A DNA stretch of 44,583 nt from Candidatus Heimdallarchaeota archaeon (GCA_016839945.1 JAEOTE010000161.1:1-44583), one strand, 5' to 3'; shown: positions 1 through 10,313, numbered from the stretch's first letter. Notes: generated by a model not told the origin, from the sequence alone. A program made the numbers and translations.

Positions 1-3000
1 AGTTTTTCTATTCTGCGAAGAATTTTCACTCTAGCATCTGTGGATACTGGAACCTCGCTTAACCTCATAGTAAATCTATACTCATCTCTTCCTGTTCTAT
101 TTGAACGATCAACTTTCATTATTATTACTGGTTCTCTAAAAATAGTGTTTTTAGCAACTACTTCCATTTCTATGATATCATTTTCCTTGATATTGTTCTC
201 ATCTACAAAGGAGTTAGGTAAACGAATAATCTTGTCCTCAGAGATTTTTACAGGAATATGCTCTACTTGATAAACGTAACAATGAGCTTCTTTACCTATC
301 AATGAGTGTTTCTTGCACAATTCTTTGGATATGTAAAATCCCCATGATCCTTTGTTTATACGTAGAGGAATTGCGAAAATAAAAGGTTCTAAATCAGAAA
401 CAATCAAAGTTAGTTCATAAATAGACCCCGGCTCTAATCCTTCACGCAAATCATTTGGGAGTTTGATCCATCCTGTCCCTTGACCGCTTCCTCTTCTGAT
501 AATTCTTTGCCATTCGATTACTTTAGTAATTTCTGGTTCCTCCGTTGCTTCGTCATATTCTTCCGCAAAAGCTTCTGAGGACATTTCCCCTACAGTTTCT
601 ATCTGTTCTCTCTCTGATTCTTGAATATTGGTTGAAACATTATTAACACCAACATTTTCGTTAGAAGGATTTTTTATGAAAATCTGCTCATCTTGATAAT
701 ATTTCCCAAAACTAGGAACATCATTTAATAGACCTATAAGCAATTTTTCTGTCTTTGATGCTGAAAATTCAGTTAGTTCTGCAAGACGTTTCAAGGGAAC
801 TTGGATGTTAGGATTGATTTTGGCGATTATGATGCTGATAAGTTTGTTTCTATCTCTTTCATTTTGAAAAGGTTCCCATTTTATACGTGATTTTATATCT
901 AAAACCAAAGCTTGGTTGAGTTCTTCTTTTTTAGTAAATAACTTCCCTGCTTTTTGGAATTTAGTAAAAGAAACATCAAGCTGATCAGCTTTAAGTTGCC
1001 CCAATTTATTACATAATATCAGATTAGCAACCAAAATTCCAGGATAAATAACAGTTCCAAAAGAACCAAAATCGGATGCTGAAATCAGTGATATTAGAAT
1101 TGCTATCCAGAAAACTAGTAAAAGAATAAACGAAGATGTTCCGAATATTCTAACACGACGTAAATTATCTTCATGAAATGTGAAATTCCATGCGAAATGA
1201 AGCATAAAATAAGAAGCAAGAAGTGTGAAAACTACTGAAGTGTAAAGAAAGAAATAACCTTGCCAGACACTTTTAAAAATGAAAGTAGTGAAATCAAGAT
1301 TATTACTCACTGACTCAATCCTTGAAGTTAGAAACTGTAAAAACCAAACTGTTAACCCTACATAAACAAATACAAGCATAGTTATTATTGTGCTATAAGA
1401 TAGAAGTCGGGTAGCAAAAAACCATTCTTTTATTTTTCTAACAAAACTGCGAAAAGAGTTGATTTCTTCAAGAAAATCAGATATTTTCCTCTTTATGGTT
1501 TTAGGATCCAAGAACTTGAAATCAATTAGAGTGCCTAGCTCTCCGCCAACAAGAGCACAAATGAATGCGATACTACAAACAATCCACAAATCTAATCTTA
1601 AGAACCATCCAACTGTAAAGAAGAATCCCCAAACAACCAAAGCTGTTAAAAGTTGCTTAAGGTACTCTACAATTTCTTTTCCCTTCTTCTTTTCTTCTAA
1701 TTCCAAATCTTCTATGTTAGAATTCTTGGCTTCCCTTTTTATCTTCTTTCTATTAACGATTTGTCTTGTTAGTAATAGAATTAGGAAGCCGTATAAACAT
1801 ATAATCCACTCGATACCCCCTCTAAGAGAGAAATAATCTGGTTGCTGTTCTGGTATGATATCAATTTGATAACGAAGATTCTGGAAAGCTATTTCTTCAC
1901 CTTCTCCATAGAAAGTAAATATTATTTTTACTTCATTAGGACCAGGAGAGAGTAAAAATGAATCTCTTGTGAAATTTATTTTTCCATTATTAGAGATACT
2001 CTTTGAAAAAACTTGATTTCCTTCTATTTTCATCAAGATGCCAACATAATGATTTATTGAGCTAAAACCAATAATTAAGTCAAATGAAAATTCGACTTTA
2101 ACTTTTATTTCTTTAGTACCTCCTACATAAAGAACATCATAGTATTCAAGAGTTGTAACACCAAAAACAGGGGTGACTACTTCAACATATTGCTCCTCTA
2201 ATACTCTTTCAAGATTCTCTTCTGTCAATTCTGGAATAGGTTCAATAGTAATTTTACTAGTATCAAAGATGTAGATTGTTCCATTTTTATCTGTATGTCC
2301 ATATATCCTTAGTAGTAGTTTCTCTTTGTAATCACACGTATAGGTATCAATTGTAATTTTTTGAATTGTTTGGTACTGATTCCATTCACTTATAGACCCC
2401 GCAAATATCTTTTCAGTATTTGAGTAGAATTCATAGCTTAATGAAGGCAAAATCTTTATTCCTAAACAAAGATAGTCTATTGAAACATGCAGAATTTGTT
2501 TTGAGTTAATATTAACAGATTTTAGTGGAGAAAGATCAAAATACTCGTCTATTTCCCCATTCTCAATCTCTTTCCAATCAAAAATATTTTCATAGAGTTC
2601 TCCCATTGAGAAGTAATTAGCAAAAAGTTTGATATCAGAAATCTCAAACAAATCTATACTATATTGAATAATAAAATTAAAACTGATTTTGTTTAAACTA
2701 TTTTTCAGAGGAAGAATAACGGAACAACAAAAATCACCCCCATCATAAAATGCTTCTTCTACTGTAGTTTCATTATTTATCACTATACTAATGTATCTCG
2801 TGCCAGCGAAAATATCAGTTGAAGAAAAAGAAAGTGAGAGGTTTAGTTTGTTACTCTCATTTGATAAGTAATAAAAAGCTGTTTCCATACATGCAAAGCT
2901 TTCAGAAAAGCCCTTACCTTTAAGAATCAACCAATTTGGAACAGCGGGAAGAGAAGTAAGTGTATTTTGCAAAACAGGGACATTAACAACATCAATTCGT

Positions 3001-3464
3001 GTATTTTTAAGGATAGTAAAAATTCCTGATAGTTCCGAAGATTTTCCTTCAAAAATAATTGAAAGATTCATTGGTCCTGAATAATAATCAGAATACTGAA
3101 ATGATTTTGTTAAATTGTGAACAACATGATCTTGGTAAAAGGTTTCTATAACAAATTCAATCTCAACTTGATTAAAAAGAAAAATTACAGTTATTCCGTT
3201 AGAATCTGTTTCTTCACCAGAACCATTGAAAAAAATAGTCAAACTATTGAATGCATCTAGTTCAATGGAAGGGATTTCAACAAAGAATTCTTTTCTGATT
3301 AATGTAGAATTATAATGGAAAACAATTTCATTATCCAAAAAAGAAGTAGGTTGAAAATTTGTATCATTAACATTAGAATTACTGTTGATTGTAAATGCAG
3401 TGACACCTAATAAGATTAAAACAACCAGAATAACATATTTGGTCTTAACAGTATTGTAAGTCAT
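1..3464 (-). CDS. Large membrane protein, 3' end runs off the window (>1150 aa): signal peptide, ~550-aa ectodomain, 7 predicted TM helices, PCI-like winged helix, AbrB/SpoVT-like repeats
   Basis: Not in the ORF track (no stop inside the window). Hand translation from ATG 3464 (MTYNTVKTKYVILVVLILLGVTAF...) stays open to the left edge. The ectodomain has many N-x-S/T sequons. Hydrophobic segments lie at ~1820-1010, followed by VPLKRLAELTEFSASKTEKLLIGLL..GKYYQDEQIF, GWIKLPNDLREGLEPGSIYEL and KIIRLPNSFVDENNIKENDIIEM. Confidence 0.85.
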   Translation of the reverse strand, partial: MTYNTVKTKYVILVVLILLGVTAFTINSNSNVNDTNFQPTSFLDNEIVFHYNSTLIRKEFFVEIPSIELDAFNSLTIFFNGSGEETDSNGITVIFLFNQVEIEFVIETFYQDHVVHNLTKSFQYSDYYSGPMNLSIIFEGKSSELSGIFTILKNTRIDVVNVPVLQNTLTSLPAVPNWLILKGKGFSESFACMETAFYYLSNESNKLNLSLSFSSTDIFAGTRYISIVINNETTVEEAFYDGGDFCCSVILPLKNSLNKISFNFIIQYSIDLFEISDIKLFANYFSMGELYENIFDWKEIENGEIDEYFDLSPLKSVNINSKQILHVSIDYLCLGIKILPSLSYEFYSNTEKIFAGSISEWNQYQTIQKITIDTYTCDYKEKLLLRIYGHTDKNGTIYIFDTSKITIEPIPELTEENLERVLEEQYVEVVTPVFGVTTLEYYDVLYVGGTKEIKVKVEFSFDLIIGFSSINHYVGILMKIEGNQVFSKSISNNGKINFTRDSFLLSPGPNEVKIIFTFYGEGEEIAFQNLRYQIDIIPEQQPDYFSLRGGIEWIICLYGFLILLLTRQIVNRKKIKREAKNSNIEDLELEEKKKGKEIVEYLKQLLTALVVWGFFFTVGWFLRLDLWIVCSIAFICALVGGELGTLIDFKFLDPKTIKRKISDFLEEINSFRSFVRKIKEWFFATRLLSYSTIITMLVFVYVGLTVWFLQFLTSRIESVSNNLDFTTFIFKSVWQGYFFLYTSVVFTLLASYFMLHFAWNFTFHEDNLRRVRIFGTSSFILLLVFWIAILISLISASDFGSFGTVIYPGILVANLILCNKLGQLKADQLDVSFTKFQKAGKLFTKKEELNQALVLDIKSRIKWEPFQNERDRNKLISIIIAKINPNIQVPLKRLAELTEFSASKTEKLLIGLLNDVPSFGKYYQDEQIFIKNPSNENVGVNNVSTNIQESEREQIETVGEMSSEAFAEEYDEATEEPEITKVIEWQRIIRRGSGQGTGWIKLPNDLREGLEPGSIYELTLIVSDLEPFIFAIPLRINKGSWGFYISKELCKKHSLIGKEAHCYVYQVEHIPVKISEDKIIRLPNSFVDENNIKENDIIEMEVVAKNTIFREPVIIMKVDRSNRTGRDEYRFTMRLSEVPVSTDARVKILRRIEK

Positions 3465-3557
3465 ATCTTAATTTTATTATCCGAAAAATCGTTTAAAAAA
3501 TCGTGAAATATAGTTTTTTAGTTTTTATATGATGGTTAAACAAAATTATAGAGATAA

Positions 3558-4733
3558 ATGAATAAATCCCATAGAAAAACAGCTATAATTATTGTTACAA
3601 TTATCTTTTGTTTTTCCCTGAATCATTCTTTTTCATTTCAAAAAGATTCAATTATTCTACCTTTAGTTTCAAAGAATTATACTTTGAGTAATCCCATTGA
3701 GATAACTTCTGATAGTGATTTTTCTTCTTTCAACGGTTCTGGGGCGATTGATGATCCCTATCTGATAGAAGGTTTGAATATAACTACAACAAAACGTTAT
3801 GGTATTCATGTTAGTTATACAACGAAATATTTTGCGATAGTAAATTGCTATGTCAGCGCCAGATTAGCAGGAATCTGTGTTGAATATGTAGTAAAAGGAA
3901 CAGCTGCAATTGTAGGAAATATCTGTAAAAACAGTTATGAAACAAATGGTAAAGGAATTGTTCTTTTTTTCTGTCCTGGTTCTTCAGTTATGAAAAATAT
4001 CTGTTCAGATAACCAACAACTTGGGATATATCTAGCTTTTTCCACTATTTCTTTTATTAGTAATAATCTTTGCAATAATAATGGAGAGTATGGCATGGTG
4101 ATTCATTACTCAAATTCTTCGTTCATCACTCAAAATATTTGCAATGAAAATAGTGATTATGGTATTTATTTTGCTGGATCAGATGAATCTTATATTACTC
4201 ATAATACTTGTTCCAAGAACAAAGGTATTGGATTAGTCTTGGATTATTCCAGTTTTTCGATTCTCATTAATAATACATTAGATAATAATAGTGATTGTGG
4301 AATAGTTTCTTTAGAAACAGATAATTGTACTTTCAATTATAATTGGTTGCAGAATCATAAATTTCATGGGTTCTATTTAAATGAAAATTGTAATGGTAAT
4401 GAAATCTATTATAACAATTTCGTAAACAACAATCTAAATGGCAATTCTCAAGCAATGGATGAAGGATTAAGGAATCTATGGTGTAATGATTTAGAACAAA
4501 TTGGCAATTACTGGTCTAATTTAGAAGGAAAAAAGAGCTATTTAGTTGATGGAGAAGGAAATTCTGTGGATTACTATCCGCGAAAAAATCCATTTAAATA
4601 TGAATCATTTTCTAATGGGGATACAAAAGAAACTAGTTTTGGGTTTGTTTCTTCCATTATTGGCATTCTTGTTTATTTTAAAAGAAGTAAAAAAGAGATT
4701 TGCATAAAGAAAGAAGATTTGCTGATAGAATAG
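3558..4733 (+). CDS. Secreted/membrane-anchored right-handed parallel beta-helix (NosD/CASH-type) surface protein
   Basis: Signal peptide; GSGAIDDPYLIE motif; repeated N-x-C-x-x-N-x-x-x-G-I units; GNYW...DYYP motif; C-terminal hydrophobic anchor with basic tail. Confidence 0.85.
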   Translation: MNKSHRKTAIIIVTIIFCFSLNHSFSFQKDSIILPLVSKNYTLSNPIEITSDSDFSSFNGSGAIDDPYLIEGLNITTTKRYGIHVSYTTKYFAIVNCYVSARLAGICVEYVVKGTAAIVGNICKNSYETNGKGIVLFFCPGSSVMKNICSDNQQLGIYLAFSTISFISNNLCNNNGEYGMVIHYSNSSFITQNICNENSDYGIYFAGSDESYITHNTCSKNKGIGLVLDYSSFSILINNTLDNNSDCGIVSLETDNCTFNYNWLQNHKFHGFYLNENCNGNEIYYNNFVNNNLNGNSQAMDEGLRNLWCNDLEQIGNYWSNLEGKKSYLVDGEGNSVDYYPRKNPFKYESFSNGDTKETSFGFVSSIIGILVYFKRSKKEICIKKEDLLIE

Positions 4734-4881
4734 TAAGTCTTTGTAAAAACTTCTAAGTAGTTGTCATATGTACACTAGATTTGAAAAGCTTTATAAGCTT
4801 TAGTTTTAAGCCCTCTAGTAGCAATATTCATGTTATTGTACCCCATTAAAGAACAACACAATAGTAGAGAGTGGAGCTAAT

Positions 4882-5172
4882 ATGGAAGAAGATGAACAAG
4901 AAAAAATCGAAGCTTTAGATATTAAACGCGGAGATAAAATTAGATTCAAAGTCAAACCTTGGCTAGCTGAACGTGTAGGATTGTATTATGGTGTGGGTAA
5001 TGAGAACATAGGTGTTGACATTGGTGTTGTAGACATTGTTACTGATTCGAGTGTTCACATTAATTATTGTGAGATACATGATAAACGCGATATTTGGTTA
5101 GCTAAATCTCAATTTATCTATGTATATAGGTACAAGAATTGGAAAAGGAAAGATTGGTTTAAAGAAAAATAA
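4882..5172 (+). CDS. Small hypothetical protein, possibly SH3/KOW-like beta-barrel
   Basis: 96-aa ORF with GGAG upstream; IKRGDKIRF and IWLAKSQ motifs. Confidence 0.6.
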   Translation: MEEDEQEKIEALDIKRGDKIRFKVKPWLAERVGLYYGVGNENIGVDIGVVDIVTDSSVHINYCEIHDKRDIWLAKSQFIYVYRYKNWKRKDWFKEK

Positions 5173-5195
5173 ATACAATATTTTAAAAATCACAA

Positions 5196-6602
5196 ATGCC
5201 ATTTAACTTGATGAAAAAGAGGAAGAGAGAATATCAAAATTATCTTTTTGGAGAGGATATGTTATTATCCTTTGTTTTAGTAATTATACTCTTAATGATA
5301 ACAGTTCATCCTTTCATAAATGAAACAAAGATAATAAAAGAAATTGATCTTAAACCAACAAACTTTACTCAAAAAGAAATTATTTCTAATTCTTTACCAA
5401 TTACTATCCTTTCTAATCAAGATTTCATAGATTTAAGTTTTCCTGGCTCAGGAACAGAAGAAGATCCTTATAGAATAGAAAATTATACAATTAGTACAAT
5501 TGAAGATAATGCTATCACTATTAAAAACACCAGAAAATTCTTTACAATCAGAAATTGTTCTGTTTCTGCATATAGATATGGGATATTTATTGAAAATGTA
5601 ACAGAAGACTCTTATGATGAGATGATTAACAGTTTTAGTATCACAAACAACACTTGTTATAATTGTTGGAATGGAATTCAAATAATTTCTTCGTGGTATG
5701 CTTATGTATACAACAATACCTGTATAAATAATGACAATGATGGCATTAATATCTACAGTTGTTGGTTTTCTACAGTTGAAAACAACACTTGTATAGAAAA
5801 CGAGTATGGATTAGTTTTTCATAAATCAGATTCCTTTGTTTCGAAAAACAATTGTTCATTCAATGAAAAAGATGGTTTGATCATTTGGGAATCTTCTGGA
5901 ACTATAAGTCAAAACATGTGCATAAAAAATGGTTATGGACTTACAGCTTTAATCTGCTATGGTTACACCTATTTTGTAAACAATATTTGTTTAAATAATA
6001 GTCTTTATGGTCTTTATTTAAGCGGGTCTTCTTCTTCAATTACCTCTAATAATACTTGTTCATACAATGGATATGGAATTTACCACAGTGAGTGCTTTTG
6101 GTCAAACATTGTAAATAACACTTGTACATTCAATGGATATGGGATTTACTTTACTCAAGGTTCATGGTATGACACTATAGCAAACAATACTTGCGCAAAC
6201 AATACTAAGGATGGGATCTATGTTGAAAAGGGACGAGAGTGTACTATTACTCACAACAAACTTATGGATAATGAGGGTTATGGTGTGTATTTAGAAGGAA
6301 GAACCAATGATAGTGTTATAGCTTATAACTCTTTTATCAGAAACAACCCCACTGGTAACTCCCAAGGATTTGATGATGGGTTTAGAAATGTTTGGTATGA
6401 TAAAGAAACCAAAATGGGCAATTACTGGTTTGATTTGAATAGTAGAAGTTCTTACAAAATAGATGGTAGAGCTAAATCCAAAGATCGATTTCCTCTAAAT
6501 AGCAATCTAGAGAGAATTAATGTCTCTTTCCTTATTATTATTCTAGGATTGTTAGGTATTTCAGCAATTCTGAATTATTATTTCTCTATTAAGCAAAAGT
6601 GA
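5196..6602 (+). CDS. Membrane-anchored parallel beta-helix (NosD/CASH-type) surface protein, paralogue of 3558..4733
   Basis: GSGTEEDPYRIE motif, many NNTC..N..GI repeats, GNYW..Y.IDG..DRFP, and a C-terminal TM. The exact start is uncertain. Confidence 0.85.
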   Translation: MPFNLMKKRKREYQNYLFGEDMLLSFVLVIILLMITVHPFINETKIIKEIDLKPTNFTQKEIISNSLPITILSNQDFIDLSFPGSGTEEDPYRIENYTISTIEDNAITIKNTRKFFTIRNCSVSAYRYGIFIENVTEDSYDEMINSFSITNNTCYNCWNGIQIISSWYAYVYNNTCINNDNDGINIYSCWFSTVENNTCIENEYGLVFHKSDSFVSKNNCSFNEKDGLIIWESSGTISQNMCIKNGYGLTALICYGYTYFVNNICLNNSLYGLYLSGSSSSITSNNTCSYNGYGIYHSECFWSNIVNNTCTFNGYGIYFTQGSWYDTIANNTCANNTKDGIYVEKGRECTITHNKLMDNEGYGVYLEGRTNDSVIAYNSFIRNNPTGNSQGFDDGFRNVWYDKETKMGNYWFDLNSRSSYKIDGRAKSKDRFPLNSNLERINVSFLIIILGLLGISAILNYYFSIKQK

Positions 6603-6643
6603 AAAAGCTATAAAAAGGACACGAATATAATTTCTGATAGGGA

Positions 6644-7111
6644 GTGATAGGAATTCAATCACAATCACTAATTCAACCTGATATAGTTAAAAATAAAATG
6701 TGTTTTGTGAGAATTTACTGTTACTTGAGTGAAACAGCTTTTCTTCTTTGTATTATTGGGAGCTACAGCTGGATTTTTTGTCATTATAGTAATTTAGTTT
6801 ATATACAAGTTGTAGGATTTTTTATTACACTAAAGCTTTGGGAACTTATATTATTAAGCAGTTCTAGCTTTCTAATTTTTTTCAACACATTGATTTATGC
6901 ATTTTTTAAAATAGACTTTAATTACATTTTTTTTCTTCGTCTAATATCCATTCCTATTTGTATTCTTGGTGCATATTTTAGCATTTCAGTAGCTCCTTGG
7001 GGAAAAATGTCCATTTTTGTACTAGCTGTTCCATTCTTTACTACAGGTTTTGCTTTCTTCTTTAAACAATATAGAACAGGAATAAGAAACCGCATAAAAA
7101 AAAGAAAGTAA
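6644..7111 (+). CDS. Hypothetical membrane protein (~4 TM)
   Basis: Hydrophobic ORF with a basic C-terminal tail that fills the intergenic gap. Confidence 0.55.
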   Translation: MIGIQSQSLIQPDIVKNKMCFVRIYCYLSETAFLLCIIGSYSWIFCHYSNLVYIQVVGFFITLKLWELILLSSSSFLIFFNTLIYAFFKIDFNYIFFLRLISIPICILGAYFSISVAPWGKMSIFVLAVPFFTTGFAFFFKQYRTGIRNRIKKRK

Positions 7112-7297
7112 AATAAACAATTTTTTTAACATTCTTTACTACAATTTATAACAAGAAAATACTTAATGGGCTTTCTATGAAAAAAGTTATATACTCTTTT
7201 TGAGTAAAAAATAGTGAAAAGAAAATTAATGAGTTCCGTAACAGTTCTCTAATTAAATAACAAATTAGGAAAAAAAGATATATTGGTGTAATAATTA

Positions 7298-8530
7298 ATG
7301 AGTAGAAAAAGAATGAAAGCGGTTATTTTAGCAGGAGGAAAGGGATTAGATTTGTTTCCTTTGACTCAAACTCGTCCAAAGCCTATGATTACTTTATTAG
7401 GTAAACCTATTCTTCAATATATTATTGAAGAGCTTAGGGAGATGGGTTTAACAGACATAATCATAGTAACAGGTTATAAAGGGGATCAAATTAAGGAGTA
7501 TTTCAAAAAAGGATCTGACCTTAATGTATGCATCCGTTATGCTGATCAAGGTGAAAAGGAGGGTATTCAATCTGCGTTTTTAGCTGCAGAGGAACATGTT
7601 AAGAACGAAACAGAGTTTTTGTTACTTTTCGGAGATATTGTCTCAGAGAAAGGATTAATTCAAAGAGCTCTGAATGCTTTTGAAAACACTCAAGCAGATA
7701 TGACCATGACCTTAACCTTGCAAGGAGACACTGGTGATTTTGGTATAGTTGATATTGATTCAACAGGTATGGTAAACAAAGCAGGGATTCCTAAAGAAGA
7801 CTCTTCACACAGCAATTATGTTGATGCTGGATGCTTCATAATGCGTACTGAAATATTTGATGAAGTTAAGAAACAGATATCTCTTGGTCAAGCTATTAAT
7901 AATAGAATAGAAAAAGGAGACAAAGTCGCTGCCGCTATTTGGGAAAAAGAATGGATAGATATTGGAAAACCTTGGAATATAATTGAAGCAAATAGAATGT
8001 TATTATCTAAAATAAAGGAATCAAAAATATCTAAAGATGTTACACTTGAACCAAATGTAGAAATAAAGAATGCTGTTATTATTGGGGAGAATGTTACAAT
8101 CTCTTCTGGAGCTGTTTTAAATGGACCTTTATATATTGGACCAGATACATATGTTGGGAACAATGTTTTAATTCGAGATCACTGTTCCATTGGGAGAGAA
8201 TCAATAATAGGTTTTGGAAGTGAAGTGAAAAACTCTGTCTTATTTGAAGGTGTGAAAGTTTATGGTCTATGTTATGTTGGAGATAGCATAATTGGGCAAA
8301 ATACTATTCTTTCTTCAGGAGTTACTACAGTAAATACTGAAACACCCAGTAAAGAGATAACTATGACTATTAACAATAAACAACTAAAAACTGGTTTTAT
8401 GAAACTTGGAGCAATAATTGGAGATGATTGTGAGATAGGTGTAAACTCACTAATTTTTCCAGGAAGGAAAATAGCTTCTGGAAGTACAATAAAACCCGGT
8501 ACCACTGTTGAACAAGATTATGAAGTATGA
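7298..8530 (+). CDS. Sugar-phosphate nucleotidyltransferase-like protein with C-terminal left-handed beta-helix (archaeal GlmU/GCD1 family)
   Basis: KAVILAGGKG..PLT..RPKPM, FGD, WIDIGKPW, hexapeptide repeats and KLGAIIGD. The signature Arg and the EKP motif are altered (see findings). Confidence 0.85.
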   Translation: MSRKRMKAVILAGGKGLDLFPLTQTRPKPMITLLGKPILQYIIEELREMGLTDIIIVTGYKGDQIKEYFKKGSDLNVCIRYADQGEKEGIQSAFLAAEEHVKNETEFLLLFGDIVSEKGLIQRALNAFENTQADMTMTLTLQGDTGDFGIVDIDSTGMVNKAGIPKEDSSHSNYVDAGCFIMRTEIFDEVKKQISLGQAINNRIEKGDKVAAAIWEKEWIDIGKPWNIIEANRMLLSKIKESKISKDVTLEPNVEIKNAVIIGENVTISSGAVLNGPLYIGPDTYVGNNVLIRDHCSIGRESIIGFGSEVKNSVLFEGVKVYGLCYVGDSIIGQNTILSSGVTTVNTETPSKEITMTINNKQLKTGFMKLGAIIGDDCEIGVNSLIFPGRKIASGSTIKPGTTVEQDYEV

Positions 8531-8534
8531 TTTT

Positions 8535-8568
8535 AGAAAAAGAGAGCAAGAAAGAAAAAGAGAGCAAG
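8535..8568. repeat. 16-bp direct repeat AGAAAAAGAGAGCAAG x2 between convergent genes
   Basis: Copies at 8535-8550 and 8553-8568. T-rich on the minus strand, consistent with a terminator region. Confidence 0.6.
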
Positions 8569-8598
8569 TATGGGTAAATCCCTAAAGCTCCGTTTTAT

Positions 8599-8871
8599 TT
8601 AGTCAAAATCTGTTATTTCAAGAAGAGTAATTATTTGCAGTAACATGGTTCTTGCATGAGCAGGACAATTTGGATCCTGAGATATTTCATCAAGAATTTC
8701 TATTGCGTTATTTGCTTTTACAGCTAAACTAAGTTCAGGATCTGGTTCTCTTATGATCTCTAGCGAGTTGGTTGCAGCTCTTCTAATATTCCGAGGTACT
8801 GTAGTATCCTCACTTATTCTCTCTAATAATTGAATTGCTTCGTCTACTTGTTCGAGGGTCTCATCGCTCAT
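8599..8871 (-). CDS. UPF0147 family protein
   Basis: D.TVPRNIRRAA ... LDEISQDPNCPAHART motif. The start is moved to ATG 8871 because the track's GTG lies inside a GAGGTG SD. Confidence 0.9.
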   Translation of the reverse strand: MSDETLEQVDEAIQLLERISEDTTVPRNIRRAATNSLEIIREPDPELSLAVKANNAIEILDEISQDPNCPAHARTMLLQIITLLEITDFD

Positions 8872-9035
8872 TTTAAACACCTCTACGAAAAGTTATATTC
8901 AGTATCTTCACTACATGACTGTTTTTTAATCGTTTCGGTCAAATATACAAAAAACTATCAAATATCAGGTTTTATTAAGTGCTATAGCTCTTGTTTCTTT
9001 GGGCAAAGGGGGAAAGAAGTTAAATCAAACAAGAT

Positions 9036-10301
9036 TTAATCTATTACTTTTGCGAAATTTTCCAGTTCTGTTAAGAATATATCAATCTCATTCATAGTGT
9101 TATAAATATATAGGGAAGCTCTAACAACACCCTCACCTTTTCCGGGATTTATTCCTATCTGATATTGAAATGGATGAACGCACATATTTCCTGAGCGCAT
9201 AAGAATCTTGTAATTAGGTATCATTTCATTAAAATATTCAGTGATATCAAGGTGGTTTACAGCATCTGATTCTGGTCGGAATGATACTAACGCAGCTCTT
9301 TGTTTATAATCTAAAGGTCCTAATACTTCAAATTTTTCCAGTTCAAGTATTCCTTCTAGTAATTTGCGAGAAAATGTCTGTTCTCGATTGTGTACATTTT
9401 TCATTCCTATTTCTTGGAGATAGTCTACAGCTGCTCCAGCACCAAGCATCCCCCCGTAATTTTGTAATCCTGCTTCGAATTTATGAGGTGGGGGGAGATA
9501 TTTTGGAATAACTTCACCACCTTCATAGACTACATCTTCAATTACATCTCCACCTACCATATACATATCTAACTTTTTTAGTAGGTCATATTTACCATAC
9601 AAAACACCAATACCAGTAGGTCCACAAGCTTTGTGAACGCTTAAGACACAGAAATCAACATCAATATCTCTTACATCTAATTTTTGATGTGGTGCAAATT
9701 GTGCTTCATCAGATACTACAAGAGCATCGTGCTCATGAGCAATTTTGATAACTTCCTCTAAAGGTGCTACAGTTCCAGTTAGATTTGATGCATGAACAAA
9801 AGAGACTATCTTGGTTTTATCATCAATTTTTTCTTCAAAATCTGCAGGATCCAATGTACCATCTTCTTTAGCTTCAACTAACCTGAGTTCACTTCCTGTT
9901 TCTTTACATCTTTTGTAGAATGGAAGCATTCCGCTATGGTGTTCTAATGTTGTAGTTACAACATTTTCATCTTTGCTCAAGGGTATAGTTGCAGCAACTA
10001 AGTTTAATCCCTCAGTTGCATTTCTAGTCCAAATTATTTCATTTGGGCTTTCAGCATTAATGAAAGATGCCATTTTGTTTCTTGCATCCTCTGTCAACAT
10101 ACTTGTCTCAGAACCTAAACTATGTGTTGATCTTCCAGCTCCACCACATGCCCCCAAATATTTATAATAATATTCCATTGCTTCCCATACTTGAACAGGT
10201 TTTAATGCCATGCAAGCAGAATCAAAATAAATTAGACTTTTACCATCATAAAGCTGACCTAAAACAGGAAAATCTCTTCTTATTCTTTCCCAAACTACCA
10301 T
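9036..10301 (-). CDS. sufS: Cysteine desulfurase, class V PLP enzyme (SufS-like group II)
   Basis: IRRDFPVL, YFDSA, NATEGLN, EHHS, SVHK(PLP)ACGPTGIG, FEAG, RSGNMC (catalytic Cys), RASLYIYN. Confidence 0.88.
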   Translation of the reverse strand: MVVWERIRRDFPVLGQLYDGKSLIYFDSACMALKPVQVWEAMEYYYKYLGACGGAGRSTHSLGSETSMLTEDARNKMASFINAESPNEIIWTRNATEGLNLVAATIPLSKDENVVTTTLEHHSGMLPFYKRCKETGSELRLVEAKEDGTLDPADFEEKIDDKTKIVSFVHASNLTGTVAPLEEVIKIAHEHDALVVSDEAQFAPHQKLDVRDIDVDFCVLSVHKACGPTGIGVLYGKYDLLKKLDMYMVGGDVIEDVVYEGGEVIPKYLPPPHKFEAGLQNYGGMLGAGAAVDYLQEIGMKNVHNREQTFSRKLLEGILELEKFEVLGPLDYKQRAALVSFRPESDAVNHLDITEYFNEMIPNYKILMRSGNMCVHPFQYQIGINPGKGEGVVRASLYIYNTMNEIDIFLTELENFAKVID

Positions 10302-10313
10302 TTTACATCACTT

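Noticed and set aside
40-1836. Plus-strand ORFs 40..270 and 1459..1836 from the track
   Set aside because: Antisense shadows of the long minus-strand ORF 1..3464.
7192-7206. Palindrome TACTC-N5-GAGTA next to a TATA-like box
   Set aside because: 5-bp arms in AT-rich DNA with no second copy noticed; could be chance.
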